From Mobula hypostoma (lineage: Eukaryota), in contig NC_086108.1 of NCBI RefSeq assembly GCF_963921235.1, positions 82,338,001 to 82,402,000 on the forward strand: a stretch of 64,000 nucleotides of DNA. The letters are read 5' to 3'. Each line of letters opens with the position of its first letter. Position 1 is the first letter of the stretch. Both the position numbers and the translations under genes were made by a program. This document shows positions 13,705 to 27,222 of the stretch, one piece after another. Below the pieces are notes generated by a model that saw only the letters and a program-made list of their open reading frames with translations, was not told the DNA's origin and searched no databases.

Positions 13705-14469
13705 AAATTCTGAACGCTGAACGAAAATGGGGGAAGCGAGCCACGTTTCTGTACAGCAGTCTTGCTCTGAGGTCTTCAAAACAATGTGTCCTGATGAAGG
13801 GTCTCGGCCTGAATCTTCAACTCTTTATTCATTTCCATAGATGCTGCTTGACCTGCTGAGTTCCTCCAGCATTTTGTGTGTGTTGCTCTCGATTACCAGA
13901 ATCTCTTATGTTTAAAACTTGGATTGTTGACTTTGGGGAGATGGAGGCTGAGGTGAGACCTGATGGATGTTTATAAGAGACATAGACAGTAGTAGTTTGT
14001 CCAGGTTTGTCCAATATTATGGCAGGTGCCCTCTGTTCCAGGCAGCGTCCTGGTAAACCTCTTTTGCATCCCTCTCCAAAGCCCCGACATCTTTCCAATA
14101 ACGTGCTGACTACAAGTAAATGCAATGCTGCGGACATGGCCGAACCAGAGTTTTCTGAAGCTGCAACATATTGTTTAGACAAGTAAGTGCAACACCTACA
14201 ACTTTACCGCCTGATCAATTACCATCAGGGACTGTCATCAACGTAAAGTGTAAACCGGAGTTGTTTTCATTTTATTCCCCCTTTCCCCATGCTGTTTGCG
14301 TTGCTTTAAATTTTAAATATATGTGTGTGCGTGTGTGTACATATATAGATATCGCACAAATATATACACACATATACACATAGCATACGTATATGTGTAT
14401 ACACACATTATATATGCATGTATGAACTTCAAGCTAGATCTCTTGTTGGATTTCATTCAGGGAATTCAA

Positions 14470-14960
14470 AGTTACCGTCTGTCTGTACAGTATTTTTGAA
14501 AAGCGGAACGCTTGTGGATGGGACATGTTTCTGACCGGACTGATGTGAGTGGTGCGGTATAATGGCGGTGCTCGGAGGTTGGAGTGTCCGTCTGAAGAGT
14601 TTGACCGAGCGTTTGGGTGAATGGCAGCGGCTCCCACGGAGAAACGTTTACAAGAAGAAACGGGTGAGTAGCCGGGGTGAGGTGGAGGGGTGAGCTGCTC
14701 TCCGCGGGGAGGTGCCCAAGACTGATTCCTCCTCCTTTCCATCCACAGGCTCCGTCTGGCCCCAGAGTTCCCCGTACCCAGTTGGCGTTGCAGAACTTGG
14801 ACATGAGCTGCAGCTCTCAGTTCGGCGACCTCTGGCCCTCCATCCGTGTCGGCTTACTCTGCGAGCAGAAATACGGGGCCCTGGTTAACGGCTTCGGTGA
14901 CGTGGAGGAAGTGATCCGAAAGCTAGAACTGCAGCAGGCCAAAGACTTCGTGTACGACGG
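14470..14960 (+). promoter_or_regulatory. CpG-enriched NSUN4 promoter and 5' region
   Basis: Local rise in GC and CpG content around the start codon and exons 1-2 in otherwise AT-rich DNA. Confidence 0.5.
14562..14663 (+). CDS. NSUN4: NSUN4 exon 1 (probable mitochondrial targeting region)
   Basis: ATG GCG...CGG|gtgagt encodes MAVLGGWSVRLKSLTERLGEWQRLPRRNVYKKKR (compare human ...VPRRHRYKKKW). Phase 0. Confidence 0.9.
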
Positions 14961-15206
14961 CTGGAGCAAATGGACAGAACTGGGGCCAGGCTGCGTTCCT
15001 AACACAGACTGTCATCTCCGTGAAATCCAGGATTCACATCAGAGTTTGCAGACATCCCAATCTTATCCTGATCCTTCACTGCCTGTCGGTGACTCGGGAC
15101 GAGAATCTTCACCTTCCCTGGAATCGAAAACGCGCCTATCCCTTAGCCCAAATCTGAAATGTTTTACATTTCCAAGAGGAGACACCACACGTTTTAAGCC
15201 CGCGAG
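14749..15206 (+). CDS. NSUN4: NSUN4 exon 2
   Basis: catccacag|GCT...GCG AG|gtatta. Contains LALQNLDM..QFGDLWPSIRVGLLCEQKYGALVN and SPNLKCFTFPRGDTTRFKPAR. Ends in phase 2. Confidence 0.95.
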
Positions 15207-15464
15207 GTATATTAATGACTTGTGGTCCAATTGATGAATGCAACATATTCACCGTAATTTAGTAACTATATCAGATTTATATTGGGATTTTCTACAAACG
15301 TTTGTACATTGAAGCCCGCGCGTCCTTGAAAGGTATTTAGTGGGGAAATACATGCTGCTCTCCACCTTTTGTGGTCAGTTAGAAAGTGGAATTATAGAGC
15401 TATTCAAGGTATTGCAAGAACTGCTACTCATTCATTAATTCATTCATTCCTCGCTCGCGTACTC

Positions 15465-15700
15465 TGTGAGATACAGCGCGGAATAGGCCATTTCGGCTCG
15501 TTGAGCCGCGTTGCCTAGCAACCCCTGATTTAACCCTAGCCTAATCACAGGACAGTTTACAATGGCCAATTAACCTACCAACCGGTACGCCTTTGGACTG
15601 TGGAAGGAAACCGGAGGAAACCCACACATTCCACAGGAGAGACGCACAGATTCCTTACGGATGACTTTGAATTGAACTCCAACCGCTGATGCCCCAAGTT
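15465..15700 (-). mobile_element. SINE-like repeat (chondrichthyan HE1/V-SINE-like)
   Basis: Core ctttggactgtggaaggaaacc...gaaacccacac recurs at about 63830. The left end resembles a CR1 tail. Confidence 0.55.
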
Positions 15701-16194
15701 TGCGTTCTATCTGAAAGATGTTCTCTGCCTGGTTTCTTGTTCTGTAGATTTGAGTCAGTTACATTCCCTAAAACTAGGGAGATAATTGATAGTTTTCCAG
15801 CCCTAATGTTACATCTCTATCCAAGCTGAATGCTCACAGTCTTGCACTGTGAAACACACTCACCTCTATGTTCTGTGCTCTGTACTGGTCAGAGCAGATG
15901 GGCAGATATAAGCTATAAAACATGCACTGATTCAGCTAGCTCTTATGGTTTGTCACTCAATTCACATTCTTTCCTCCATTGTGCATCTAGATTTATTGTT
16001 TACTTTCCTTAGAAAAAGATTTTGAAAGACTTTTTAACCTCTCCACCTGCCCCCCCATTCAAGAAGTAGGATTCTAGTCCTGAAGTGTAGGTGTCCTTTG
16101 AGCACCTAGCTTACTAATAAATATATAAATCACAGCTGAAGACTTTGACAGATACCTGTACTTACATGCTTCAATAGTTGAGGTCCTAATACAT

Positions 16195-16880
16195 CAGTCA
16201 TCGAGTTATACATGGAAACAGGCCCTTTGGCTCATGTGCTCCACACTGTTCATGTTGTCTACCTGAGCTACTCCCGTTTGCTTGCCTTTGGCCCATATCC
16301 CCCTAAACCTTTCCTGTCCAGGTACTGATCTAAATATCTTCTAAAGGTTATAATTGGTCCTGTCTCTATGGCTTCTTCTGTCAGCTTGTTCCATGTGCCC
16401 ACACTTCAGTATGGAAAAAGTGCTGGCCAGGTCCCTTCTCTTCTGCCAGCTTAAACATTTGACTTCCAGTTTTGGATTTCCCCATCCTGGGAAGAATGGC
16501 CATTCAGTAAATCTATGTTCCTCATGATTTTGTATCCCTCTATAGGGTCACCTTAAACCTCCTATGCTCCAGGGGAAAAAAAGAGTTCTAGCTTATCCAT
16601 CCACACCTTATAACTGGTCTCTCATGTCCCAGCCACATTCCCATGAACGTTATGTACATTTTTTTATTCAAGCCTTTAAAAGGGACGAGGGGCAACTTCT
16701 TCATGCAAAGGGTGATATGCATATGGAATCATCTGCCAGAGAATGTGGTTGAAACAGGTACAATAAAACATTTAAATAACTATGCTATAGGAGGAGTTAG
16801 AGGGATATGGACAACTGGGACTGGATTGATGGTCAGCATGGATGAGTTGGGCCAAAGGGCCTGAATTACTCTATGACTTG
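16195..16880. mobile_element. Two degraded CR1 3' fragments in opposite orientation
   Basis: Peptide RGNFFMQRVICIWNHLPE on +, and a mirror-image CR1 tail on -. Confidence 0.6.
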
Positions 16881-17242
16881 ATATGATTATAAATTAACTA
16901 AAACTGGTTCTGTAGCATTAAAACTTTAACACTTCTCAGTCCCAAACATGAATCAGTATCTCTCATTAGAAATGCACTTGTTTTTGAATATCACTCAGTC
17001 ACTCCCTCAGCTCAGATTAATCTTTTTTTAAGATGTTTCAAAATACAGGTAATGGAGGATAGAATGTCTGATATGGTGCTAGGAAATGATTATAGGGTTT
17101 TTGAAACATGGGGAGATGATAAATATAAAGCTGAAAGAAGTAAGTCATGCGAAGCTTTGCATCTATTTTGGAAAAAAATGGAAATGAAATTGTCCTTTCT
17201 TCCCCTTTTATAAAGGAGAACCCTTTAAACTTAATGGCATAA

Positions 17243-17578
<336 letters not shown>

Positions 17579-18169
17579 TAACCATTTCACTCTCCTTTGC
17601 ACTTGTGTACTGAAGAATGACAATTAACAATCTTGAATCTTGAAGCATTTCCTGTCCTTTCAATGGCATTTGAAAGAAGGAAATCAGTTTGCTTCCCAGG
17701 GTAGATTAGTTCTATGAAAATTTTGCAGGAGAAACATTTGCCTACTTGTTACTATTTCTCCTGTTCCAGAAAATACAGGATTTTCTCCTTGTGGTATGAC
17801 TGTGGTATGGTATGTTGGGAGATTACATGCAAATTGGGTGGCAGCTCTGCAAAGACTTCGGTATGCAAGTTCCCTGCTGATTGTTTGTCACATTAGTTCT
17901 CTGATATCACTTGTACTTTAACCTCAGCTCCGGTAAAACTCCGTGTAAGACTGAAGAATCTTTCTTTTGACCGGATGCACTACAGTATTCTGAACTTGAC
18001 ACTGAGTTGAAAAACTTAAGATAACTATCATGCTATTCCTGTTTACTCCTCTAGGTCTATCTTTTCTTAATGTACACCCATTTCATCTCCTTTTATCTTG
18101 CAGCATTATGCCCCTTTGTCTTTTAATCAGCCTGAGCATTCCTTCCCTTCCCACTTCAAATGTTTCTGA

Positions 18170-20865
18170 AGAAGTTCAGGACGCAGGAAACTAGGTGACA
18201 GTCATGAAGGGGAAAAGGGTTAAAAAGCCAGTGCAGTCTACACCTGTAGTCATCCCCCTCACTGTTGCATATAGTTGTTATAGTAGGTAATTTTAATATA
18301 ATTTTGACTGGGATTCCCATACTGTAAAAGGACTAGATGGGTAGAATTTGACAAATATGTTCAAGAAAGTTTCCTTACTCGGTATATAGAAATCACAAGA
18401 AGAAAGTGTGAGATACTTGATCTGCTTTTTCTTTTATTAAGTGCAATCGTGAACAGTAGCCAGATCAGAAATGCTGATCAAGTCAACTAGTTCCCAAAGA
18501 GAACTCTGATAGGCCAATCAGATGGTTCACTGCTGCTCAGCGACAGAACACAAAAAAATCATATGTACAATTAAGAAACATTAAAAAGTAGTAGAAATAC
18601 TGGAGTCATGATGATCATTTAGGGCAGGTGACAAAAGATTGTCTAGATGAACACTTTGCATCTAGTGATCACAGTGCCTTTAGTTTCAAAGTAAGTATGC
18701 AGAAAGATAGGTCTGGTTCAGGGTTTGAGATACTAAATTGGAGAAAGGCCAATTTTGATGGTATCAGAAAGGGTCTGACAAGTGTGAATTGGGACACTGT
18801 TTCCTGGCAAAGGTGTACTTGGTAAGTTGGAACCTTAAAAAGTACAAAACACTGACAGTACAAAGCTTGTAGGTGCTTGTCAGAATAAAAGGTAAAGATA
18901 ACAGGTATAGGGATCCTTGGTTTTCAAGAGATTGAGGCTTTGTTTAAGAAAAAAGGGTGCTGATGGAGAATAAGAAATAGAAGAGAAGACTTAAAGAAAT
19001 CAGGAGGGCTAAAAGAAGGCATGAGGTTGCTTTAGCGGACAAAGTGAAGGAGATGGGGATTCTACAGATGTAGTAAGAGCAAAAGAATTACAAGGGACAG
19101 AATTGGTCCTCTGGAAGATCAGACCAATAATACATGCATGGAGCCAAAAGAGATGGTGGAGATTTTAAATGATTTTTTTTGCATCTGTATTTAATCCAGA
19201 GATGGACACAGAATTTACAGAAGTAAGGCAAATTGGCACCAACTTTATGGACTCTATACAGATTACAGAGGAGGTGTTTGTTGTCTTCAGGCAAATTAGG
19301 GTGGATAAATCCCCAGGGCCTGACAAGATGTTCCCTCAGACCTTGCAGGAAGCAAGTGCAGAAACTGCCAGGGCCCTAGCAGAGATATTTAAATCATCCT
19401 TAGTGACAGGAGAGATACCAGAGGATTGGAAGATATCCAGTGTTGTTCCCGTTTAAGAAAGGCTCTAAAGATAAACCAGGAAATTATAGGCAGGTGAGTG
19501 TGACATCAGTTGTGGGAAAGTTATTGGAAGGTATCCTAAGGGACTGGATATATAAATATATGGATGGACATGGACTGATTAAGGATAGTCAGCATCGCTT
19601 CAAGTGTGGTAGTTTGTGTCTAATTTTATATAGAGTTATTCAAAGAAGTTATTGGGAAAGTTGATGAAGACAAGACAATGGATGTTGGCTACATGATCTT
19701 TTGCAAGGCATTTGACAAGGTCCAGCATGGGAAGTTGGTCAAAAAGGTTCAGTCGCTTGGCATTCAAGAAGAGGTAGTAAATTTGATTAGACATTGGCTT
19801 TATGGGAGAAGCCAGAGTTGTAGTAGATAGTTGCCTCTCTGACTGGAGGCCTTTGACTAGTGGAGTGCTGCAGGGATTGGTACTGGGTCCATTGTTGTTT
19901 GTCGTCTATATCAATGATCTGGATGATGATGTAGTTAACTGGATCAGCAAATTTGCAGATGACACCAAGATTGGAAGTGTAGTGGACTGCGAGGAAGACT
20001 ATCATCGCTTGCAGAGAGATCTGCATCAGCTAGAAAAATGGGCTGAAATATGGCAGATGGAATTTAATGCAGATAAGTGCAAGGTGTTGCCCTTCAGTAG
20101 GATCAACCAGGGTAGGTCTTACACAGTGAATGGTAAGGCACTGCAGAATACGATAGAACAAAGGGATCTGGGAATATAGGTCCATAATTCATTGAAAGTC
20201 ATACATAGATAGGGTCGTAAAGAAAGTTGTTTCACATTGACCTTCATAAATCAGAATATTAAGTACAGGAGATAGGATGTTAAGTTGAAATTGTATAAGA
20301 CATTGGTGAGACCTAATTTGGAATACTGTGTGCAATTTTGGACACATACCTACAGGAAAGATGTAAATAAGGTGAACGCATACTGAGAACATTTACAAGG
20401 ATGTTGCTGAGTCTGGAGGACCTGAGGTATAAGGAAAGATTGAATAGGTTAGGACTTTATTCCTTGGAAAGCAGAAGATTGAGAAGAGATTTAATAGACA
20501 TATACAAAATCTTGTTGGATGATAGATTGAATAAAATGCAAGCAGGCGTTTTTCACTGACGTTAGGTCGGACTACAACCAGAGGTCACGGGTTAAGGGTG
20601 AAAGGTGAATTGTTTAAGGGGAACATGAGGGGAAACTTCTTCACTCAGAGAGTCATGATAGTGTGGAATGAGCTGCCAGGGCAGGTGGTGCATGCGAACT
20701 CACTTTCAGTGTTTATAAGAGAAGTTAGATTAGGTGCATGGATGGTAGTGGTATGGAGGGCTATGGACCCCATGCAGGTCGTTTTGAATAGTTTAATGGC
20801 TCAGCACGGACTAGTTCGCTCAATGGCTTGTTTCTGTGCTGTACTTTTACATGACTCTATGACTA
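18170..20865 (+). mobile_element. CR1 LINE, degraded (NSUN4 intron 3)
   Basis: Peptides [38 protein letters not shown] and RGNFFTQRV. Tail (atgactct)n. Confidence 0.9.
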
Positions 20866-21744
20866 TTTGCTTTACCTGAAACATAAAATTATATCAAAGG
20901 GTTAATCACCTAAAATATTAATTTTGAATCCTTCTCCACAGGTGCTACTAATTTTTGTCTTTATTATATATGAAATAGCTCAGTTTAAATTTTATCAAAC
21001 ACCTTTGCACTACAAGATCCATTAAATTCAGTATTGAGTGCAGTATTGTTGATTGAGCCTCCTCATTTGATAGAAAATTCCAAATATTTGTAACAGTTAT
21101 TTATCCATTGCTATGTATCAATTCCACATAAGATCAGCATGCAAAGCAAAGTCTGACGTTGCCCCGTTATCTTGTCTTGCGGGTGGTAGGGATACGTTTA
21201 CTGAAAACTGAAATGCTGAGGTTGAGTAAACTTCTCTGGAGAGGGAGAGAAAACAAACTACATGCAACTTTATTCTGCTCCTACCTATGGGTGCCAAGCC
21301 TGGAAATGTAGAGATACCACCAGTAATAAAATGGTTCTGCTCAGCATCTCTGCTGTGCCTCACCTCTGACAAGCAGTTACCAGTGAATTGACAACACTCC
21401 AGAAATTACATATTGTTAAGCTCATTATGATGCCTTGAGGAATTTAAACATATTATGGGCATAGAAGTTTTTTAAACGAGAAAAAATGTGAGCTGAGAAA
21501 ATAATTGCTACAGGCGGTACCATATTTTGAATAGTGTCATGTTTAATAAAACCAGTAAATGATGAAAGCACTCAACAGTTCTGGCAACATTTGTGGAAAG
21601 GAAAACAGTTAACGTTTCAAGTCTGGGTCCTTTCATCAGAGCTGGGAAAGAGAAAACAAATCAGTTTATTTTGTAGAAGAGTTGGAGAAGGGGAATGGAT
21701 ACAATGAAGGAAATATTTCTGATAGGGTAATATTGTAATGTGTC

Positions 21745-23000
21745 AACTACAGAGCAGAAAAAGGCAATCTGGCCCATTGAGTCTGCTCCACCATTTATTG
21801 AGAACATGACAGATCTGGTCGTGGACTCAGCTTCCGCTGCCTTCCTTTTCCCCGTAACCCTTAACTCCCTTGCTATACAAAAATCTATCCAATTGTGTTT
21901 TAAATGTATGCCATGAGGTAGCCTCTGCTGCCTCCCTGGGCAGCGAATCCCGCAGGTTTACTACCCTTTTGGAAAAGCAGTTTCTTCTCATCTCTGTCCT
22001 AAATATATTCCCCCAAATCTATGTCCCTTAGTCTCACTTTCCTGCCTCTATCTTATCAATCCCTTTCATAATTTTGTATGTCTCTCTAAGATTTCCTCTC
22101 ATCTGACTTCCAGTGAATATAGTCTAGGCGATTCAATCATAGACTGACCCTCTCATCTCTGGAATCAAACCGGTGAGCCTCCTCTGCATCACCTTCAAAG
22201 CCAGCATATTTTCCCTTCAGTGAGGAGAACAGAACTGCACTCAGTACTCCAGGAGCGACCTCACCAGTACTCTGTAAAGTCGCAGCATTACCTCCCTGCT
22301 CTTAAATTCAATCCCTCTAGCAATGAAGGCCACCATTTCATTTGCCTTCTTGACAACCATTTTCATCTGAAAACCAACTTTCTGCGATTCATGCATAAGC
22401 ACTCCCAAATACCTCTGCTGAACAGCATGCCACAGTCTTTCACCTTTTAAATAATAATCTGATCTTCTGTTTTTCCTTCCTCACATTTATCAATGTTGTA
22501 CTCCATCTGTCAGACACTTGCCCACTCACTGAACTTATTTATATCTCTCTGCAGACTCTCCACATCCTCTGCACAGTATGCTTTTCCACTCAAATCAGTG
22601 TCATCAGCAAACTTAGATACCCTGCACGTAGTACTCTTTTCCAAGCTGTCACTGTATATTGTGAACAGCTGCAGGCTCAGCACTGAACCCTGCAGCACTC
22701 TGCCAACCAGAGATACACCCATTTATCTCAACTTTCTGCCTTCTTTTGGTTAATCAGTCTTCTGTCCATGCATCAAACACCTCTGAAAAACCAAATAAAC
22801 AACATCCACCTGTCCACATTATCCACTGTGCTCATTATATCCTCAAGGAGCTCTTGTAATTTTGATAAACAGGACCTGTCCTTCATGAGTCCGTGCTGTG
22901 TCTGCCTGATGGAACCACTTCTATCCAGCTATCTCGCTATTTCTTGATGATAGCTTCAAACATTTTTCCGACAACAGGCGTTAAACCAAATGCCAATAGT
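21745..23000 (-). mobile_element. CR1 fragment
   Basis: Minus peptide QGSVLSLQLFTIY...KFADDTDLSG. Confidence 0.8.
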
Positions 23001-23960
23001 GTCACCTCACCTGGAAGGACTGTCAAGAGTTTCTCTCCCTGAATGGTAGTGAGAGAGGAGGTGTAAGGGCAGCTGTAGCACTTGTTCTGCTTGCAAGGAT
23101 AAGTGCCAGGAGGTAAATCAGTCGGGAGGGATGAATGGACAAGGGGGTTGAGTAGGGAGCAATTCCTGCTGAAAGCAGGAAGTGAGGGAAAGGGAAAGGG
23201 AAAGATGTGTACCTGGAAGGACTGCTTGGGGCCCTGAATGGTAGTGAGAGGAGGTGTAGAGACAGGTGTGTGCCTTTTGGGGTGATATACTGTGTCCAGT
23301 GCTCCCGGTGTTATCGGTGAGACCCAACGTAGATTGGGAGACCACTTCACCAAGCACCTACGGTCCGTCCGCCAGAAGAAGAGGGATCTCCCAGTAGCAT
23401 CCATTTTAGTTCCACTTCCCATTCCCATTCTGATATGTCCATCCATGGCCTCCTCTCCCAAGTCGCAATGAGGCCATACTCATTGGCCTCATTGGAGGAA
23501 CAACACATTGTATTCTGTCTGCGTAGCCTCCGACATGATGACATGAACATCGGTTTCTTGAACTTCTGGTAATGGCCTTCCCCCCCCCCCCACCCCTTTT
23601 CCCTCTCTCACCTCATCTTCTTGCCTGTCCATCTCCACCCTCTGGTGCTGCTCCCTCCTTTTCTTTCTTCCATGACCTTCTGTCCTCTCCTATTAGATTG
23701 CCCCTTCTCCAGCCATGTATCTCTTTCACCAATCTAATTCCTAGCTCTTTACTTCACCCCTTCCCCTTCTGGTTTCACCTATCACCTTGTGTTTTCCCTC
23801 CCCTCCCCCCACCTTTTAAATCTACTCCTCAGCTTTTTTTCTCCAGGCCCGCTGAAGGGTCTCAGCGGAAAACATCCACCGTACTGTTTTCCATAGATGC
23901 TGGCTGGCCTGCATTTTGTGTGTGTTGCTTAGATTTCTAGCATCTGCAGATTTTCTTGTT
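23000..23960. mobile_element. Penelope-like element with internal inversion and duplication
   Basis: 23000-23270 is on minus (PTDLPPGTYPCKQNKCYSCPY). From about 23275 the GIY-YIG region and 3' terminus are on plus. Confidence 0.75.
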
Positions 23961-23999
23961 TCCTCCAGAAATTTGTCTTTTGCTAACGACCAAGGAGGT

Positions 24000-24960
24000 C
24001 ATGTTGCTCTATCCATGAGAAGGGATGAGAGCAGAGGTGCAGGAAATAGGGTAGGGTGAGATAGGGTCTAGTGCTCTGTTCTCAATGGAAGCTACAGTTC
24101 AGGAAGAAAGAAGAAATTACAGATACATAAGTGAAATATTTCTTCGTCGGAATAAGTGCAACCGAGATGGGGTGGGGGGGGGGGGAGGAAGGAAAAATAG
24201 AATAGAGTCCTTACTCCAGTGGTACAAAGTATAGTCAGGAACAGTGGACGTCCGTGAGTTAGCATAAATGTTGATGGCTAGCCTATCCCCTGAAGTGGAG
24301 AAACAGCAATCCAAAAAGGGAAAAGTTAAGAGATGCACCATGTAAAGAAGAGAGTAGGGTGAAAATTGGCAGCAAAATTGGTGAAATTTTTGAGATCTGC
24401 AAGAGTGCAGTCATTGATATACTGCAGAAAGCCTTAGGAGAGTGGACCTGAGTTAGATAATGTCAGGACCCATAGATATACTTTGATCTGGAGAAAGTGA
24501 GTGAATAGTTGAAGGAGGAGTTGACCAATGTTCTGATAAGTTCAGCTTGGAAAGAGAGTGTGTTAGAGGAAAATAGGTTAGGTCTTTGTTCAAGAAAGAA
24601 GTGTCCCTTAGATTTTCCTGATGTGGGATGAAGATCTAGAGGGACTGCACAGTTAGGATCAGGAAATTACATTTGTAGATGCCATTGACTAGACAAAGGG
24701 GATACAAAGGATCATAAATATTTGAAAAATGGACTGGATTAGGACATTAGGATGGGATCACGGTTGGAAGCAATATGTTCTGTGGGGCAAAAGCAGGCTG
24801 AATTGGCTGGACAGTTCTGTTTGTAGCTGTTAAACAGAAGGTAGAAGTAGATTGTGTGATGTTAGGCACTGCAAGGCTGGAAGCTGCAAAAGGGAAGAAT
24901 TTCTGAGGAAATGAGGTCCATGACTGGGAAACAGTCACCAGATGTGCAATAGTGTGGTCA
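24000..24960 (-). mobile_element. Old Penelope-like RT remnant
   Basis: Minus peptide LTFPFLD..STSGDRLAINIYA..PDYT resembles the PLE RT segment LPFLDL..SGD.L.T.VYYKPT. Confidence 0.45.
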
Positions 24961-25095
24961 AGGAGGTATAAAGATGTGCATCAGAGCTGGCATTTAGCTA
25001 CTGTATAATCAAGGTCAGATTTTCAGTAACTGCTCTTCCATTAATATTCATCTTCTTAATGTTTAATGTTGCTTTTGTTCTTGTCTTTTGGATAG

Positions 25096-25256
25096 GACAT
25101 CTTGCTGTCAACGATATATCCTTATCTCGTGTAAATAGGTTACGTAAAATTCTTCGGAATTACATCCCAAAGAATCTTTGTGTAGGAGACAGACTACGTA
25201 TCACGTCATTGGATGGCAGGCTCTGGGGAGAAATAGAGAGGGAAACTTTTGACAGG
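25096..25256 (+). CDS. NSUN4: NSUN4 exon 4
   Basis: gatag|GA...AGG|gtgagt, 161 nt. Encodes HLAVNDISLSRVNRLRKILRNYIP...DGRLWGEIERETFDR. Confidence 0.95.
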
Positions 25257-26354
25257 GTGAGTACATTAGTATGCGGCAAGAGGCATTGTGGCTAAAGAAA
25301 AGAAAGCTCTTCAATTGCAATTATTAAAGGGCCCTGAATTGCTTTGCTTTAAGCCTTATAACTAGGAGCAAGGTTTTCATAAAAGTTATTACTATAAAGA
25401 AATAGTTTGATTTCCATTACATTTAAGAGATTTTGCTCTTGATGCTGGTTTGCTCTTTATTACGTCTGAGTTAAGGTTTTGTCGTACTTCTTGATTATCT
25501 AACAGAGGTTAGGTAAAGCATTTTTAAAATGAAGCCGTGCAAAAAAAGATGTTTATACCTATTGAAGCCATTGCTTACTTGATCCATTTAAGGAATGAAC
25601 CACATGCTTGGAGCAGAGGAGTTTCAGAGCTTGTTCTCCTAAACAGAGAGCAAGGTTTGATCAATCTAAGCGCCAGGCTGATTTGGAAAGGTCAGGTGGA
25701 ACGTGGTGACGGGGTCCAGGCCCAGAGCCTGTTGAAGCGACAGGGCCTGGGTCTTAGACTGAGGAATGACCCAATGTTTGGACAATTTAAATGCCAGGCC
25801 AGGTGGATTGAAAAAGCAGTGTGTCGGGACTGGAGGCGAGGATCGGGCTGGTTCTGCTCGCTGGTCTGTGATGTTTTCTCCACTCTTTGCTGCACTGATG
25901 CTGAGGTTGTGGGCCTGTTCTGGGCTTCATGGCTGCAAGCTTTGCTATGTGATGAACTGAAGCTGAGGTTGTAGGCCTGCTCTGGCTTCATGTCTGTGGA
26001 CTCACTTTTTTTTCTCTGAATGTTTACTTTCATTGTTTGCACGATTTGCTTTCTTTTTTCTCTCTGTGCATTGGGTGTTGGACTTTTTTGAATGTTATTT
26101 GCAAAGAAGCAAATGTTAGCCAATTTGCAGTACCATGTGCCATATTTCCTCACAATATAGAAGGTGGCCTTTATGGCCCTTTGAATCTATGCTGGTTTGC
26201 AGACAATCACATTCTCCACTAATTTTTCCTGTAACCTGTTCTCCCCACATTCCCAGCATCTCTTCCTAGATTCTACCATTCACCTAAACAATAAGGATAA
26301 CTTATAGTGGCCAATTAACCTGGCAATCTATTTGAACAAAGGAGAATGAGAGTT

Positions 26355-27001
26355 ATAAATAAATAAATAGACAGTTTTGTTTGGTATAATTCCTCAACAT
26401 ATTCACGGTATTTCTATATCTGACCAATATGTAATTGCATTTGTTACATTATTGGCCAGAAGGGCTATTTTATTAAAATGGAAAGATGCCTCTGCTCCCA
26501 CTTTCATACAATGGTTCTCTCAGGTGATGTTATGTCTTAGTTTGTAAAAAATTAGAAGTCGAACTTTTGATCCTAAATTTGACTTTGAGAAAAGGTGGGG
26601 CTCTTTTGCCCGTTATTATCATTTGACTTGAGTTAATTAAGATGGTCCTTTTCTGATGCTTGGTTATATGAATTTGGTTGGCGGTTTGATGTCTTTTTTT
26701 TATGGAAGCTTGTATGGCACATAGCTTTGGGTTTGTGCTCCAAATGGGTTGTTTTTTTCCCCTTTTTTTTAGTTATTAGGGGTTTTTCTCTGTTTTAGTT
26801 AGTAGGGGTTCTTTTTTTCCTTCTTTCCTTTTTTCCATAAAAACAAAGCTTTAATACTTTGTTTTTTGATTATTATTGATATACTGTTTAGCCTGGTTGA
26901 TAGTTTAACTTTTACTCTACCTTTGGATATGTTATCTTCATTATTTTGATGTATTTTTTTCTGTTGTTGATTTTCAATAATAATTAATAAAAAGATTTAA
27001 A
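26355..27001 (+). mobile_element. L1-clade LINE 3' end with TSD
   Basis: Translates IAFVTLLARRAILLKWKDASAPTFIQWFSQVMLCLSL*KIR...FEKRWGSF, an L1 ORF2 C-terminus. T-rich 3' UTR, AATAAA and A-rich tail. 12-bp TSD AGAATGAGAGTT at 26343-26354 and 27002-27013. Confidence 0.85.
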
Positions 27002-27096
27002 AGAATGAGAGTTTGGTGAAAATGTATTTTCATCCACCCAAACTTTCCTGAAAAGTTTGTGAATAATCAAGTTGTTTGTATTAATTGTCTTTATAG

Positions 27097-27222
<126 letters not shown>

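Noticed and set aside
14434..14804. Antisense ORFs over NSUN4 exons 1-2 suggesting a bidirectional gene
   Set aside because: No recognisable homology; such ORFs are expected by chance in GC-rich coding DNA.
25537..26153. Overlapping 145-153 aa ORFs in NSUN4 intron 4
   Set aside because: No recognisable domain or splice context. It looks like an unclassified interspersed repeat.
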